A model generated the notes under the pieces. It was given only the letters and a program-made list of their open reading frames with translations, searched no databases and was not told the origin of the DNA. A program made the position numbers and the translations under genes. Shown here in pieces: positions 20,590 through 31,907 of a DNA stretch of 64,000 bases. This stretch comes from an uncultured Methanomassiliicoccales archaeon (lineage in GTDB: Archaea > Thermoplasmatota > Thermoplasmata > Methanomassiliicoccales > UBA472), in assembly GCA_963695345.1 (NCBI GenBank), contig OY968769.1, positions 1-64,000 of the forward strand. The letters are read 5' to 3'. Positions within the stretch are counted from its first letter, which is position 1. Each line of letters begins with the position of its first letter.

Positions 20590-22273
20590 ATGACCGTCGA
20601 AGCAGTCCGCGGGACCAAGGGAGGGAGGGACCAATTATTCCGTGCACTCCTCGCCGCCCTTCTGGTAACAACTCTGCTTCCCGTTCTGGGGGGTCTCCTC
20701 GGCCGATGGGGAAGAGGCCGCATCCTCCGTGGTCGCTGGTGTGCCTTCGCCGCCGACCAATCTTACCGTCAGCCTGAGTACGATGGAGGTCTTCTTCACA
20801 TGGACACTTCCTGAAAGCGACGGCGGGAGCCCCATAACGAACATCGAGGTCACCATCGAAGCGGGAGACCCGGTAAACAGTACCTTCCAAAGCACATTTG
20901 GTGTCGCCAGTTCCTATACGGCGTTCTCGTTCGATTTCCGGGGAGGGTGGACCTACAGTGCCTTCGTAACCGCCATCAACGCGAATGGCAGGAGCGATCC
21001 CTCTGCCAGGGTGGATTTCACTGCGTTGTCCGTTCCGGCCGGAGTGCGAGATGTTCAGGTGACCACCGGCAATGGGTTCGTCAACCTGACCTGGATGCTT
21101 CCCGATGACGGCGGGAGCCCCATCCTTCAGTACAATATCAGCAGGACAGTTGTTGGCCAGCCTATTGTGCAAAACTTCACCGTCCCCGCCTGGCAGACCT
21201 ACTTCAACGACACCGGCGTAGTGAACGGGGTCCGATACTACTACGACATCATCTCCGTCAACGCGCTGGGGGGGCTCTGGTCTTCCGGCCTGCACTATGC
21301 CACCCCGGGGGTCCCCAGCCCTCCCCTTGACCTGAGAGCGACATCCATCCGGTCAGGGAACGTCACCATCGAATGGACCCCTCCCGCCAGCGACGGCGGC
21401 AGCCCCATAACGATGTACCGTATCTATGCCGGGGGGTTCGGGGATCAGCTCGTGGCCACCACTTCACCCGTTGTCACATCGTACAACAACTCCAGCCTGA
21501 GCGACGGCATTCGTTGTTTTTTCGCCGTGAGTGCCGTGAATCTGTACGGGGAAAGCGAATTGAGCAGCTGGGTGGACATCCAGGTGCCCCCATCCCCACC
21601 TCAGAACCTGACCGCAGACGTGGGCAGGGATTTTGTCAACCTCACCTGGGATGCCCCGGCATCGAACCCGGGCGAAATCTGGGAATACGATATTGTCCGC
21701 CAGGGCGGTAATGAGGAATACCCGACGATGATCGGCACCACCTATGACCGATATTACAACGATACCAACGAGGGAGACCGCAACGGCCCGACCACGGGTG
21801 TATCCTATCTGTATAATATAACGGCCAGGAATTACCAGACCGAGAGCGAGGCGTGTAGCTTGGCGAACGTGACGGTAGGGACTCTGCCGGGCGCGCCTTC
21901 GGAGTTATGCATAAGCATTGACGGTGCAACGGTGAGGCTGAATTGGACCACACCATCGGACAACGGCGGATGTGATATGTTGAGGTACGTTGTCTATCGC
22001 GGCGAATCGCCGGATTCGATGACCTACTTGGCCAATGTGACTGGGCATGTGACCTGCTTCAACGATACTACTGCTGTTCCAGGCAGGACCGTCTATTACA
22101 AGGTGGTGGCGGTCAACCCGATAGGGGCCGGAGACCAGAGCAACGCGGTCGATGCCGTGTTGGCGGCAACATCAGAAGGGGCCGACATGAGCTTATGGCT
22201 CTCGGTCCTTGGTCTAGTCGCGGCTGTGGCGCTGGCGGTCCTCGTCCTTATTAGCAGGAGAAGGAAGCCATAA
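20590..22273 (+). CDS. Fibronectin type III repeat surface protein (signal peptide out of frame at G6 run 20688-20693)
   Basis: About 5 FN3 repeats (W..P.SDGGSPI..Y), C-terminal TM + RRRK; ATG 20590 with GGTGAG upstream encodes the signal peptide in another frame. Confidence 0.88.
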
Positions 22274-22408
22274 TTAGGAACACTCTCCTCCATTTGTGTT
22301 CCTTGGAACCATCGAAGCACTACGCCTGTGGTCACTTACTATCTGTCCTATTAGTCTAGAGAGGAAAATGCATTGCTCGATCTCCCGGAATCGTTAGTGG
22401 AGCGCGGA

Positions 22409-24454
22409 TTAGACCGTGGGAATCGTGAAGAAGAATGTCGCCCCCTTCCCTTCCTCCGACTCCACCCATACCCGACCCCCGTGGCGTTCCAGTATCTTCT
22501 TCACTATCGCCAGGCCGACCCCCGTTCCCGGGTATTGGTCCTTGGTATGGAGTTTCTGGAATACCTGGAAGATCTTTTCCGAATACTCCATGTTCAGCCC
22601 GATCCCGTTGTCCTTGACCGAGAAGACCCATTCCCCTTTGACGGAGGTCGCGGAGATCCTCACCTTCGGCGTTTTAGAATTGTGGAACTTGATCGCGTTG
22701 CTGATCAGATTCTGCATCAATTGCACCATCTGGGATTCGTCGGCCTTTACGCTGGGGAGCGGCCCGACCTCGATGACCGCATCGTTGTCCAGGATCGGTT
22801 CCCTCAGGAGGTCAAGGGTCCTTTCCACGACCTTCTCCATGTCCACCGAGGTGAAGATGGCCTTCTTCGATTCCACCCTGGAATACTCCAGCAGATCGTC
22901 GATCAGCTCCCGCATCCTTGCCCCTCCCCTCACGGCGTGAGCAATGTATTCGGAGGTTTGTGGATCGAACTGGCCCTTGGTCTTCCTCTCCAGGAGCGAC
23001 AGGTAGCTGATGGTCATCCTGAGCGGTTCCTGAAGATCGTGGGAGGCGACGTAGGCAAACTGTTGAAGCTCCTCATTGGACCGTTTGAGCGCGTCCTCGG
23101 CCTGTTTTCGCTCGGTCACGTCCTCCCCCGAGCTCAGGGTGGCCACCACCCTCCCTTCGTCGTCGCGCAAGACGGTATTGTGCCACGAGATGAGACGTTC
23201 TTCGCCGTTCAATGACAATATCGGATTTGTGTAGTCCTCGATCGACCCCGTTCCTTCCGTAAGTTTGGCGAAGACCTCCCTCATGTCATTCCTGTCCCTT
23301 TTCGGGATGAAATCGAACCAGCTCCTCCCCACCGGTGAAACCGAGCAATCGATTATCTCGCACCCTTTGCGGTTGAGTATTCTGATCTTTCCATCCAGGT
23401 CAAGGCTGACAATTATGAATCCAGCCAGGTCCAGGTATTTCTGGGCCAGGTCCCGCTCCTTTCGCAGTTCCTTGTCGGCCTTCTTGATCTCTGAAATGTC
23501 CATCTGGGCTGAAATCAGGCGGTCTCCGTGGATTATGTATGAGGCGAGGAAATCCTTGTCCACGTGGGGGCTGTGGTACTGGAATGAAACCGGTCCATCC
23601 GATTGCCGCGCCCTTTCGATCATGGGGAGGTAAAAGGAGGCTGTCTCGGGACCGAGCACCTCGGAACCTTTTCTTCCCCGGACCTGATCGATATCGGGCA
23701 GCCCGAGTAGGTTGAAGCCGGCAGGATTGAGTTCCTCAAAGACCCAATCGATGACCTTCCCCTGTTCATCGTATATGAGCCGGTCGATGTAGAATACCTC
23801 CTGGACCGTCTCGAAGACGTCACGGAACTTGGCTTCGCTCTCCCTGAGGTCCTTGGTTCGTTCTTCCACCTTCATTTCCAGTTCCTCGTTCGCCTTCCTC
23901 AGCGCCTCCTCCGCCTGGATGCGCTCAGTCAGGTCGGCGACGACGATGCAGAATATGCCGTTGTCGCCCGAGGGCAGATAATTGATGGAGAGCTGCATCG
24001 GGACGACCGAGCCGTCGGCGGCCTCGAACAATACATCGTCCCGGACCGGCTCTTCCATGCTCATCTCCATGAGCTCCCTGAACCTGCCTCTCTTAGAATG
24101 ATGGATGAAGTTCTCGATGTTGGAGCCGATCACTCTCTCGAGGGAGGTCCTCATCGAGGCCGCGAAGCTTTGGTTGCAGTAAAGGATCCCTCCGTCAAGC
24201 GATATCGTGAACGCACCGTCGTTCATCTGCTCGAACAGGATCCGGTACGGTTCCTCAGCACCCTTGAGGGTGTAGATCTGTTCCTTTCCGTTGCTGGAGA
24301 CAACGATGGCGTCAACCTCCCCGCTTTGGATCGCCTCCAACGTCTGGGTCTTTTCGGCGAGCTCGTTCCTGAGGGACTCGACCTCTTCCTTGAGGGCTTT
24401 AACGATGGACCGGGAACCTCTCCGGTCGATCGCTTTCCCTTTCTCCGAAATCAC
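22409..24454 (-). CDS. Multi-PAS histidine kinase (HisKA + HATPase)
   Basis: [15 protein letters not shown]-box, [20 protein letters not shown]; 3 PAS; [16 protein letters not shown]-terminus. Confidence 0.95.
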   Translation of the reverse strand: MISEKGKAIDRRGSRSIVKALKEEVESLRNELAEKTQTLEAIQSGEVDAIVVSSNGKEQIYTLKGAEEPYRILFEQMNDGAFTISLDGGILYCNQSFAASMRTSLERVIGSNIENFIHHSKRGRFRELMEMSMEEPVRDDVLFEAADGSVVPMQLSINYLPSGDNGIFCIVVADLTERIQAEEALRKANEELEMKVEERTKDLRESEAKFRDVFETVQEVFYIDRLIYDEQGKVIDWVFEELNPAGFNLLGLPDIDQVRGRKGSEVLGPETASFYLPMIERARQSDGPVSFQYHSPHVDKDFLASYIIHGDRLISAQMDISEIKKADKELRKERDLAQKYLDLAGFIIVSLDLDGKIRILNRKGCEIIDCSVSPVGRSWFDFIPKRDRNDMREVFAKLTEGTGSIEDYTNPILSLNGEERLISWHNTVLRDDEGRVVATLSSGEDVTERKQAEDALKRSNEELQQFAYVASHDLQEPLRMTISYLSLLERKTKGQFDPQTSEYIAHAVRGGARMRELIDDLLEYSRVESKKAIFTSVDMEKVVERTLDLLREPILDNDAVIEVGPLPSVKADESQMVQLMQNLISNAIKFHNSKTPKVRISATSVKGEWVFSVKDNGIGLNMEYSEKIFQVFQKLHTKDQYPGTGVGLAIVKKILERHGGRVWVESEEGKGATFFFTIPTV

Positions 24455-24792
24455 ACCCTCCCTTCCCCTTTAAGCCCCTTCTTCGGTTTTATCTCCAGAC
24501 CGACCACTACCTTCTCCTTGTTCGACATGTCCCCCACCAGCCTCCTCAGCGGCAATGGCAGTTTCCGGATCAGGGTCGGAGCCGCCAGGATCTGTCCCTC
24601 TCGCGCCAGCTCGGGCTGCTGGTAGACGTCGATGACCTCCAGGTCATAGCGGCCCTTCAGCTCTTCGTCGCAGATCTTCTTGATGTTCTTGATCGCGTCC
24701 TGAGACCTTGGGGTCGTGCCAGTGACATATAGGCGCAGAACGTATCTCAGGTCCTTCTCCTCGATCGTGGTCTCAATCTCGTCTTCGGACAT
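24451..24792 (-). CDS. kaiB: KaiB family protein
   Basis: [56 protein letters not shown]. Confidence 0.95.
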   Translation of the reverse strand: MSEDEIETTIEEKDLRYVLRLYVTGTTPRSQDAIKNIKKICDEELKGRYDLEVIDVYQQPELAREGQILAAPTLIRKLPLPLRRLVGDMSNKEKVVVGLEIKPKKGLKGEGRV

Positions 24793-24800
24793 GTTCTCGA

Positions 24801-25109
24801 CTAGCCCTCATCATGCGGTTTGACATTCAATCCTACTAGAACCTTATCCTCGTTGGATAGGTCCCCGATGATCTTTTTTATCGGTCTGGGCAGCCTTCTT
24901 ACCAGAGTCGGCAGCGCCACGATCTGGTCGGCACGCGCCAGCTCGGGATTTATCGAGAGATCGATGACCTCGATGCGGTACCTTCCCTTCAGGTTCTCTT
25001 GGCAGATCTTCCTAAGGTTGGCGATCGCGGTCAGGGACTTGGGCGTTTGACCTGCCACATAAAGCACGAGGTCGAATACCTCGGCCTTCCCCTCCCTTTG
25101 ATCATCCAT
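24801..25109 (-). CDS. kaiB: KaiB family protein
   Basis: [51 protein letters not shown]. Confidence 0.95.
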   Translation of the reverse strand: MDDQREGKAEVFDLVLYVAGQTPKSLTAIANLRKICQENLKGRYRIEVIDLSINPELARADQIVALPTLVRRLPRPIKKIIGDLSNEDKVLVGLNVKPHDEG

Positions 25110-26847
25110 GATCCTTTTCCCCCACCTTTTCATTGGTGGTCCTCAATGACCTCATCCGCTTCCTATTGTCGTCCAAGGTATCTTTGCGCCTTTCCTCGTC
25201 CTGCAGCTTCCTCCTGAGGGAGGCTTTCTTTTCCTCGAACTCGGCCCGAAGGACTTTGATCTGGACCTCCATCATCTTCTGCTGATGGTCGAGGTTCAGC
25301 TTGAGCAGTTCAATATCCTCCGCCCTCGCTACTTCGTCAGCCTTATCTTTTACCTCCTGGGCATAACGGGCGGAGCCGGTGAGGACCCCGGCCGGACCGA
25401 TGTACGGAGGAATGAGGTCGATCCCCTCGTTGGTTATATGGAACTCCCGGACCTGATTGGAGTGGGCCATCCCTCGGGACTTCACCAGTCTTAGCAGGCG
25501 GTTGTTCTCCCCGTTGGACTCGACGTCCTCCAATAGCACCCAAGTGTCCACCAGAGAGGAGATCATGGAGCTCTGGTCCGGTCTTTCGGAGTGCTTGAGA
25601 TCGGTGAAGACCGAGGTAATCCCTTTCATCTTCAGGAAATCGACCATCCTTACCAGCGTCGAACGGACCTCCGTTTCCTCGCCGATCGTCATCAGACTGC
25701 TGATCGGATCGAGAACGATGGCCTCCGGTTTGAACTCCGTAATTTTCTTGTGCAACGTGACGAGGTGCATCTCCAGGCCGTAGACCGTAGGCCTTTCCGC
25801 GTGTATCTGCAGCAGTCCTTTCTTGATGAACGGTTCCAGATCGATGCCGATGGACCTCATGTTCCGTATGATCTGGCCAGGTGACTCCTCGAAGCTGACC
25901 AATATGGCCCGCTTTCCGTTCCCGCAGGCTTCCCGTAAGAACGCCGCTCCGAACGAGGACTTACCCGTGCCAGCCTGACCGGTGATCAGGACCGAGCTTC
26001 CTTTGAAGTATCCCTTGCCTCCGAGCATGGCGTCCAGATCGGGAATGCCGGAGGATACGCGCTCGTCGGTGACCTTCGAAATCAGGCCAAGTGACGAGAT
26101 GGGCAGCACCGAGAACCCGGTCTCGTCGATCAGGAACGGATACTCGTTGGACCCGTGCGCAGACCCGCGATACTTGATAATCCTCATGCGCCTGGTGGCG
26201 ATGTTACCCACGATGCGGTTGTCCAGCACGATCACGGCATCGGAAACATACTCCTCCAGACCGTTGCGGGTGAGGATACCGTTCCCCTTCTCTCCGGTGA
26301 TGACCGAGGTCACGCCCTTCTCCTTCAGGAAACGGAACAGGCGCTGAAGCTCGGAACGGATGATCAGGGTATTGCCAAAGGCCGAGAATATGGACTCGAT
26401 CGTGTCCAGGACCACCCGCTTGGCGCCGATGGAATCGATGGCGTAGCCAAGGCGCACGAAAAGACCTTCCAGGTCGTACTCGCCGGTCTCTACGATCTCC
26501 GCCGCCTCCACCTGCACATAGTCGATGGAGAGCATGTGGGCGGCCTGTAACGCTTTCAGGTCGAATCCCAACGAGGACACGTTCTGTGCCAGCTCATCAT
26601 CCGTCTCCTCGAATGAAAAGAAAACGCCAGGCTCATTGAATTTGGTCGCTCCGTTGACCAGGAACTCCATGGCAAAAAGGGTCTTGCCACTTCCCGGCCC
26701 TCCGACAATAAGGGTGGGGCGCCCCTTGGGCAACCCACCCTTCGTGACATCATCGAATCCATCAATTCCAGTCATGACTTTGGGCAGTTCTTTCCGACCG
26801 ATCCGAACAGTATCCGCCTTTTGGACCTTTCTCTTCACTCGACTCAA
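25102..26847 (-). CDS. kaiC: Circadian clock-type double-domain ATPase KaiC
   Basis: Two RecA domains: [24 protein letters not shown]; [34 protein letters not shown]; C-terminal coiled coil. Confidence 0.96.
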   Translation of the reverse strand: MSRVKRKVQKADTVRIGRKELPKVMTGIDGFDDVTKGGLPKGRPTLIVGGPGSGKTLFAMEFLVNGATKFNEPGVFFSFEETDDELAQNVSSLGFDLKALQAAHMLSIDYVQVEAAEIVETGEYDLEGLFVRLGYAIDSIGAKRVVLDTIESIFSAFGNTLIIRSELQRLFRFLKEKGVTSVITGEKGNGILTRNGLEEYVSDAVIVLDNRIVGNIATRRMRIIKYRGSAHGSNEYPFLIDETGFSVLPISSLGLISKVTDERVSSGIPDLDAMLGGKGYFKGSSVLITGQAGTGKSSFGAAFLREACGNGKRAILVSFEESPGQIIRNMRSIGIDLEPFIKKGLLQIHAERPTVYGLEMHLVTLHKKITEFKPEAIVLDPISSLMTIGEETEVRSTLVRMVDFLKMKGITSVFTDLKHSERPDQSSMISSLVDTWVLLEDVESNGENNRLLRLVKSRGMAHSNQVREFHITNEGIDLIPPYIGPAGVLTGSARYAQEVKDKADEVARAEDIELLKLNLDHQQKMMEVQIKVLRAEFEEKKASLRRKLQDEERRKDTLDDNRKRMRSLRTTNEKVGEKDHG

Positions 26848-27088
26848 TCCCCCCCGCTTCGGTGATGCCGAACCATCGCTCAGAATGAATAGCGAAGTTC
26901 TGAATATTATATTATTAGTCAGTCGGATTCCGATATGTTAGAAAAATGGTGTAAAAAACTTCTCGAGCATCGGGAATTGACAATATTCCTAGCTTCTATC
27001 CATTGAAGGGCAGATAAGCTATAGAATAGCCAGAAGTGATAAGAAAGCATTAAGTACAATACTGAATCAGGCCAGGAAATCAGCGGTC

Positions 27089-27313
27089 CTATAGTTCTCC
27101 TAGTATCCCTACCATTTTCGTTATTTTTTTCGTCAATGATTCGATGGCCAACAATGCCTCGATCTCGTCCATGTCTCCCTTAGATGCTTTGCCAGCCACC
27201 GTGCTTATGTCTCCAAAGGTCTTGCCGATGATGTTCTGGATGCCATCGACGATGATGGTGACATCATGTGTCTTGGTTTCCTTCGGAATGTTGATTTCCG
27301 ATATTTTCGCCAT
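27089..27313 (-). CDS. Small hypothetical protein
   Basis: 74-aa ORF, ATG preceded by GGTGGAG, helical composition. Confidence 0.6.
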   Translation of the reverse strand: MAKISEINIPKETKTHDVTIIVDGIQNIIGKTFGDISTVAGKASKGDMDEIEALLAIESLTKKITKMVGILGEL

Positions 27314-27573
27314 AGATACTACTCCACCAAATCTTCTGATGAATACAGTGAAGTTATCTTAAGAAGTATATTTCCATGAAAATATCAGAATCAAAAAAGT
27401 AGGTTGAAAAGGCCAGGTTCCTCGACCAGAGATCGTTCCATTATTATCATAAATTCCATATTCTAAATCCTCTAGCGCCTTAAACCACTATCCGAACACT
27501 CGATTTTCAGAACTATCATTCGTGGCACTAATAATAATTAGTAAATACTGCGGTACAGAAAATTAGTGATCTA

Positions 27574-28467
27574 ATGCTTGATAATATTCTCCAGACGATC
27601 GGTAATACGCCCATTGTCAGAATCAACAAGTTAAACCCCAACAAGAACGTTAACATCTACGCCAAACTGGAAGGATTCAATCCCACAGGAAGCATAAAGG
27701 ATCGTATCGCATTGGAGATGATCCAACAGGCTGAACGGGAGGGACGATTGAAGCCTGGAAAAACAATCATCGAGCCGACTTCTGGCAACACCGGAATCGC
27801 ATTGGCCATGATCGGGACGATACTCGGATATGGCGTCGAGATTGTCATGAGCGAGGCGGTATCGGTGGAGAGAAGGCAGATGATCAAGGCATTGGGAGGA
27901 CAGATAATCCTTACCGATGCCGCATCAGGTACCGATGGCGCAATAAGAAAGGCGCGGGAGCTAGTGCAACAGTTCCCAGACAAATATTTCATGCCGGACC
28001 AGTTCTCCAACAACTACAACCAGATCTGCCATTACCGTACCACGGGCGAGGAGATCTGGAGGCAGACCTTCGGCAAGATCGACTATTTCGTTTCCGCGCT
28101 AGGGACCTCCGGCACCATCATGGGCGTCGGAAGGGCGTTGAAGGAGCACAACCCGAACATCAAACTGGTCAGCGCTCACCCGGTGAAGGGACACTACATC
28201 CAGGGCCTGAAAAACATGGAAGAGGCCATCGTTCCTTCCATATATGATCCGTCAAAGATCGACATCACCATAATGGTCGAGACCGAAGCCGCGTATGACA
28301 TGGCTCGGAAGATCGCCCACGAGGAGGGCATCTTTGTCGGCATGAGCAGCGGCGCCGCCATGTACGCCGCGGCGGAAACGGCTAAAAGGATAGATTCCGG
28401 CAACATCGTGGTCATCTTCCCAGACCGCGGCGAGAAGTACCTCAGCACCAAACTGTTCCAGGCCTGA
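27574..28467 (+). CDS. cysK: Cysteine synthase (CysK/CysM family)
   Basis: IGNTP, KLEGFNPTGSIKDR (PLP Lys), EPTSGNTG, GTSGT, SSGAA, PDRGEKYLS. Confidence 0.93.
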   Translation: MLDNILQTIGNTPIVRINKLNPNKNVNIYAKLEGFNPTGSIKDRIALEMIQQAEREGRLKPGKTIIEPTSGNTGIALAMIGTILGYGVEIVMSEAVSVERRQMIKALGGQIILTDAASGTDGAIRKARELVQQFPDKYFMPDQFSNNYNQICHYRTTGEEIWRQTFGKIDYFVSALGTSGTIMGVGRALKEHNPNIKLVSAHPVKGHYIQGLKNMEEAIVPSIYDPSKIDITIMVETEAAYDMARKIAHEEGIFVGMSSGAAMYAAAETAKRIDSGNIVVIFPDRGEKYLSTKLFQA

Positions 28468-28972
28468 TCTTTGACCCGAAAGGTGAAAGGATCGCCGCTG
28501 GACCATCCCGATCCTGCTTGGTATCTATGGCACGATCGACAATTAGGATCGAACAGAAACACATTTCGCTTTTTTATGCTCATTTCTTTCAAATTTGCTT
28601 ACTGACCTGTGATGTTCTTGACATCTTTTATGGTGGTTCACAGATCGAACTATCGGTTGATATCTGCGTAAACGACGCGTCTTGCCCGTGTTCATAATCA
28701 CCCTACCGAACTGAATCGCAGTGTCTTCTGGCCCGTCGAAAGTACGAACCCTTAATTGATACATTGTTTACATATGGATAGGATAATGGAAATCATTACT
28801 AGATATCACGGTTGATAGCCAACTATACCTTCTTTATTAGCAAACACTCCCATCGATTACTTGACAGCGGTTCGTATGATATTATTTGTGATGTCTTCTA
28901 GGAAGTTATTGGGAGGCAAATCATGGAAGAAAAACATCAAGAGTCAGGGAATGACAAGGAACTCTCGATGGA

Positions 28973-29122
28973 ATGGGCGAGTGGTTGGCACCGATCGTCC
29001 CATTACCTACATTCTCAGCCTCCAAGGTCAACCGTTCCGCCCCCAAGTCGAACGCCAAAGCCGTGCCATCCAAGGTCAAGGAAGCCTTGGTGAAGCGCGG
29101 GATAGAGGTATCATCGGGCTGA
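28973..29122 (+). other. 49-aa ORF / relic homologous to the C-terminal tail of the MCP
   Basis: MGEWLAP...KAVPSKVKEALVKRGIEVSSG*, compared with MCP tail [18 protein letters not shown]. Confidence 0.6.
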
Positions 29123-29133
29123 GGTGATGTGAA

Positions 29134-29655
29134 ATGGCAAGAAGGAAGAGAGAAAAGGTGGAATTGACCGGGGACGAGGAACAGATCGTCTCATTCAAGC
29201 TAGGGAAGGAAACGTTCGGGGTCAGAGTATCCCAGGTCCGTGAGATAGGCAAGGTCCAGAACATCACCAAGATCCCGAAGATGCCTGAGTACATCGAGGG
29301 AGTGATGAACCTTCGGGGTCAGATAACCACGGTCATAGACCTCAAGAAGAGGTTCGGCATAGGGGCAGGAAGTAACGGGTTGACCACCGCATCCCGCATA
29401 ATCGTCGCCGAGATCGGCGATACCCAGATCGGGATCATCGTGGATGAGGTGGAAGACGTGCTGCGGGTGCCTCGGCAGAGCATATCCCCCCCGCCGCGCA
29501 TGTTGACATTGGGAATGGATGCCGGATTCCTGACCGCCATATGCAAGCTCCCTGACAGGATGGTCATGCTGCTGGACCTGGACAAGATCATGACGGTCAA
29601 CGAAATGGAGCAGATGGGGAAGGACTCATCGATGATCACCCATGCCACGGCGTAA
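29134..29655 (+). CDS. cheW: Chemotaxis coupling protein CheW
   Basis: QIVSFKLGKETFG..VREI..ITKIP..EGVMNLRGQITTVIDL..GIIVDEV..LLDLDKI; GAGGTGA RBS. Confidence 0.95.
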   Translation: MARRKREKVELTGDEEQIVSFKLGKETFGVRVSQVREIGKVQNITKIPKMPEYIEGVMNLRGQITTVIDLKKRFGIGAGSNGLTTASRIIVAEIGDTQIGIIVDEVEDVLRVPRQSISPPPRMLTLGMDAGFLTAICKLPDRMVMLLDLDKIMTVNEMEQMGKDSSMITHATA

Positions 29656-29869
29656 ACGGCAATAAAGGCCAACGCTCTAGGAACCGAACGAGGCGCGATC
29701 GCCTCCCTTTATCATTTCTTCATTGTCCAAAATTTTCACTCAGACGATTTCCGCAAGGAAGTCTTGGTCTCCTTGAAGGATGCCCGGGCATAATCCCAGA
29801 TTCTTTGATGCCTCGGTCAACATCTACATAAGCATCCTATCATTGTAGCCGGACAATATTGGTGGCCCC

Positions 29870-30424
29870 GTGGACTTTGTAACGATTATCCTGATCGCAG
29901 TAGGTTTGGCGATGGACGCGTTCGCTGTCTCGATCGCGAAAGGGATCACCGTGAAAAGGGACCGCAGAAGGACCGCCATCCTGCTGGCCTCCCTTTTTGG
30001 AGGTTTTCAAGCCCTGATGCCCGTCATTGGTTGGCTGGCCGGACTGGGCTTGAAAGACATGATCATGGAGATCGACCATTGGATTGCATTCGGGCTGCTG
30101 GCGTTCATAGGCGTAAAAATGATCTATGAATCGACCAAGAGCGAAAGTGATGAGGGAAGCGATGTCACGTTGACCATTGCCCTCACGCTTGCCGTGGCTA
30201 CCAGCATCGATGCCTTGATGGTCGGACTGGGTTTCGCTTTCCTGGAAACGTCGATCCTGGTGCCTGTGGCGGTCATCGGATTGGTGACGTTGGCGCTTTC
30301 CCTGGTTGGTTTCGTGTTCGGGTCTGGTCTGGGAAAGGTCTTCGGAAAGAAGATACAGATAGTCGGAGGCCTGATCCTCATTCTGATAGGGACGAAGATA
30401 CTGGTCGAACACCTGATGGGATGA
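29870..30424 (+). CDS. mntP: Manganese efflux pump MntP family
   Basis: AVGLAMDAFAVS, DHWIAF, ATSIDAL, GGLILILIG. Confidence 0.92.
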   Translation: MDFVTIILIAVGLAMDAFAVSIAKGITVKRDRRRTAILLASLFGGFQALMPVIGWLAGLGLKDMIMEIDHWIAFGLLAFIGVKMIYESTKSESDEGSDVTLTIALTLAVATSIDALMVGLGFAFLETSILVPVAVIGLVTLALSLVGFVFGSGLGKVFGKKIQIVGGLILILIGTKILVEHLMG

Positions 30425-30628
30425 TCAGCGCATCCATGTCTCGCAATCATCAGCGACCGATGGAAACAATGCCCACACCGATCGCCCTTGGATAGTCCCT
30501 TAAGACCGTTGCTAGGCAGTAAGAAAATTAGGTCGACCTAGGACGGTAACCGTGGAATTCACGACCTGACCGGACGGGAACGGGTAAGTTCATTAGAAAA
30601 GAGTTCACAATGCTCATTCGGGAGAGCG

Positions 30629-31129
30629 ATGGAAAGGGAAAAGAACGAAGGTAAGGCGTCCGGACCGGTTGTCTTTATCATCGAACCGACCGAGGGTGAG
30701 ACGCATTCGCCAGAGACCCATGGGCCAATGACCGCAGAGGAGGTATCGGAATCCCTGAAAGGCTTCGAGGAATTCGAGACCGTAGGAATGGTGGATGAAC
30801 TGATGCCGGACCTGGGAGAGCGTGGGTTCGGTGCCTTCAAGTATAATCCGGTGACCGGGAGGCTCACCCAGGACGATGCGATAGTCAGCGTCCGGCTGGG
30901 GGACAATGGAAGCGAACAAGACCTTAGGAGCCTGCTGCATTGGGTCGAGTACCAAGGAACCGGCAGGATGGAGGACCATCTGGCCACGATCGGCATCGAT
31001 CCGGGGTCCAGCGTCCTGACGCTGAATGTCAAGGACAAGATAACCGTCAGGATACCGCTGGTCCTGCTCATTGCGATGATCTCAGAGCATGAGAGACTGG
31101 AAAGGATCCGACTGGGGAGATCCCGTTGA
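30629..31129 (+). CDS. Hypothetical protein
   Basis: 166-aa acidic ORF with ATG start. Confidence 0.6.
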   Translation: MEREKNEGKASGPVVFIIEPTEGETHSPETHGPMTAEEVSESLKGFEEFETVGMVDELMPDLGERGFGAFKYNPVTGRLTQDDAIVSVRLGDNGSEQDLRSLLHWVEYQGTGRMEDHLATIGIDPGSSVLTLNVKDKITVRIPLVLLIAMISEHERLERIRLGRSR

Positions 31130-31149
31130 ATCCGACCTGGCGGAATGGC

Positions 31150-31563
31150 CTATTTTGACCTCATCCGATTGTTCCGGGGGTTGTGTTCCACCTCGGCCTT
31201 CCCCAGGACTTCCATTATCGGCGGGATGTAGGTGGCGAAACGCCCCCTCAGGCCTTTCTTCAGGCCGTACCAGCCCCCCACCGGATTGTCTGCAGATCTG
31301 GCCCATGCCTCGACCGTTCCCTCTTTGGCCGGTTTCTGCTCATCGGCGTTGCCGAGCGGCATCCAATCGCCATGCGCCTTCAGCATTGCATGGAGATCGT
31401 CCAGGCTTTGCAGATGATATCTCAGCTCCGTCTTCCCCACGAGCACCACGATCGCTGGCGGTGTCAGGCTTTCGTCCCGATAGGCGGTGAATTCGGATTC
31501 TCCTGAGGGTGTCCTCAGGACCCAAGGGTCTTCTTTTGTGCCTTTCCCCTTCTCTCCGGACAT
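31150..31563 (-). CDS. DUF6855-like conserved protein
   Basis: GTKEDPWVLRTP...DEQKPAKEGTVEAWARS.DNPVGGWYGLKKGLRGRF. Confidence 0.8.
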   Translation of the reverse strand: MSGEKGKGTKEDPWVLRTPSGESEFTAYRDESLTPPAIVVLVGKTELRYHLQSLDDLHAMLKAHGDWMPLGNADEQKPAKEGTVEAWARSADNPVGGWYGLKKGLRGRFATYIPPIMEVLGKAEVEHNPRNNRMRSK

Positions 31564-31907
31564 GCGTGCAATATGGGAGCGGGGCGGCTATTAATTGTTT
31601 GCAATCATAAAGGGCTGGCCTACCACTGCCGGTAATTAGGCTGGAGAAAAAAAAGTGCTCAGGTCAGGCCTCACTGCCCGATGTGGAGGCGGGAAAATGC
31701 GAAGGAATATGAAGCCAGCAGGGGAGGGAACATGAAGATCGCAAACAAAGGATCTCTGCATCCTTGCCCCGAAGTCGTTAATGGTCCAATCTGGAGCAAT
31801 TGGTCCGTATGCATTGTCTGAACCGATGGTAGTCGATAAGATGGACATAACCTGGTCAGATAGCGAATTGGTCGGGCATGGCCTCCCGCTCCTCCTAGTA
31901 TCGGTCC

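Noticed and set aside
29660-29869. yybP-ykoY Mn riboswitch upstream of mntP
   Set aside because: Only a GTCAACAT-like word is present; no GGGGAGTA or GCAAGACC-type conserved elements.
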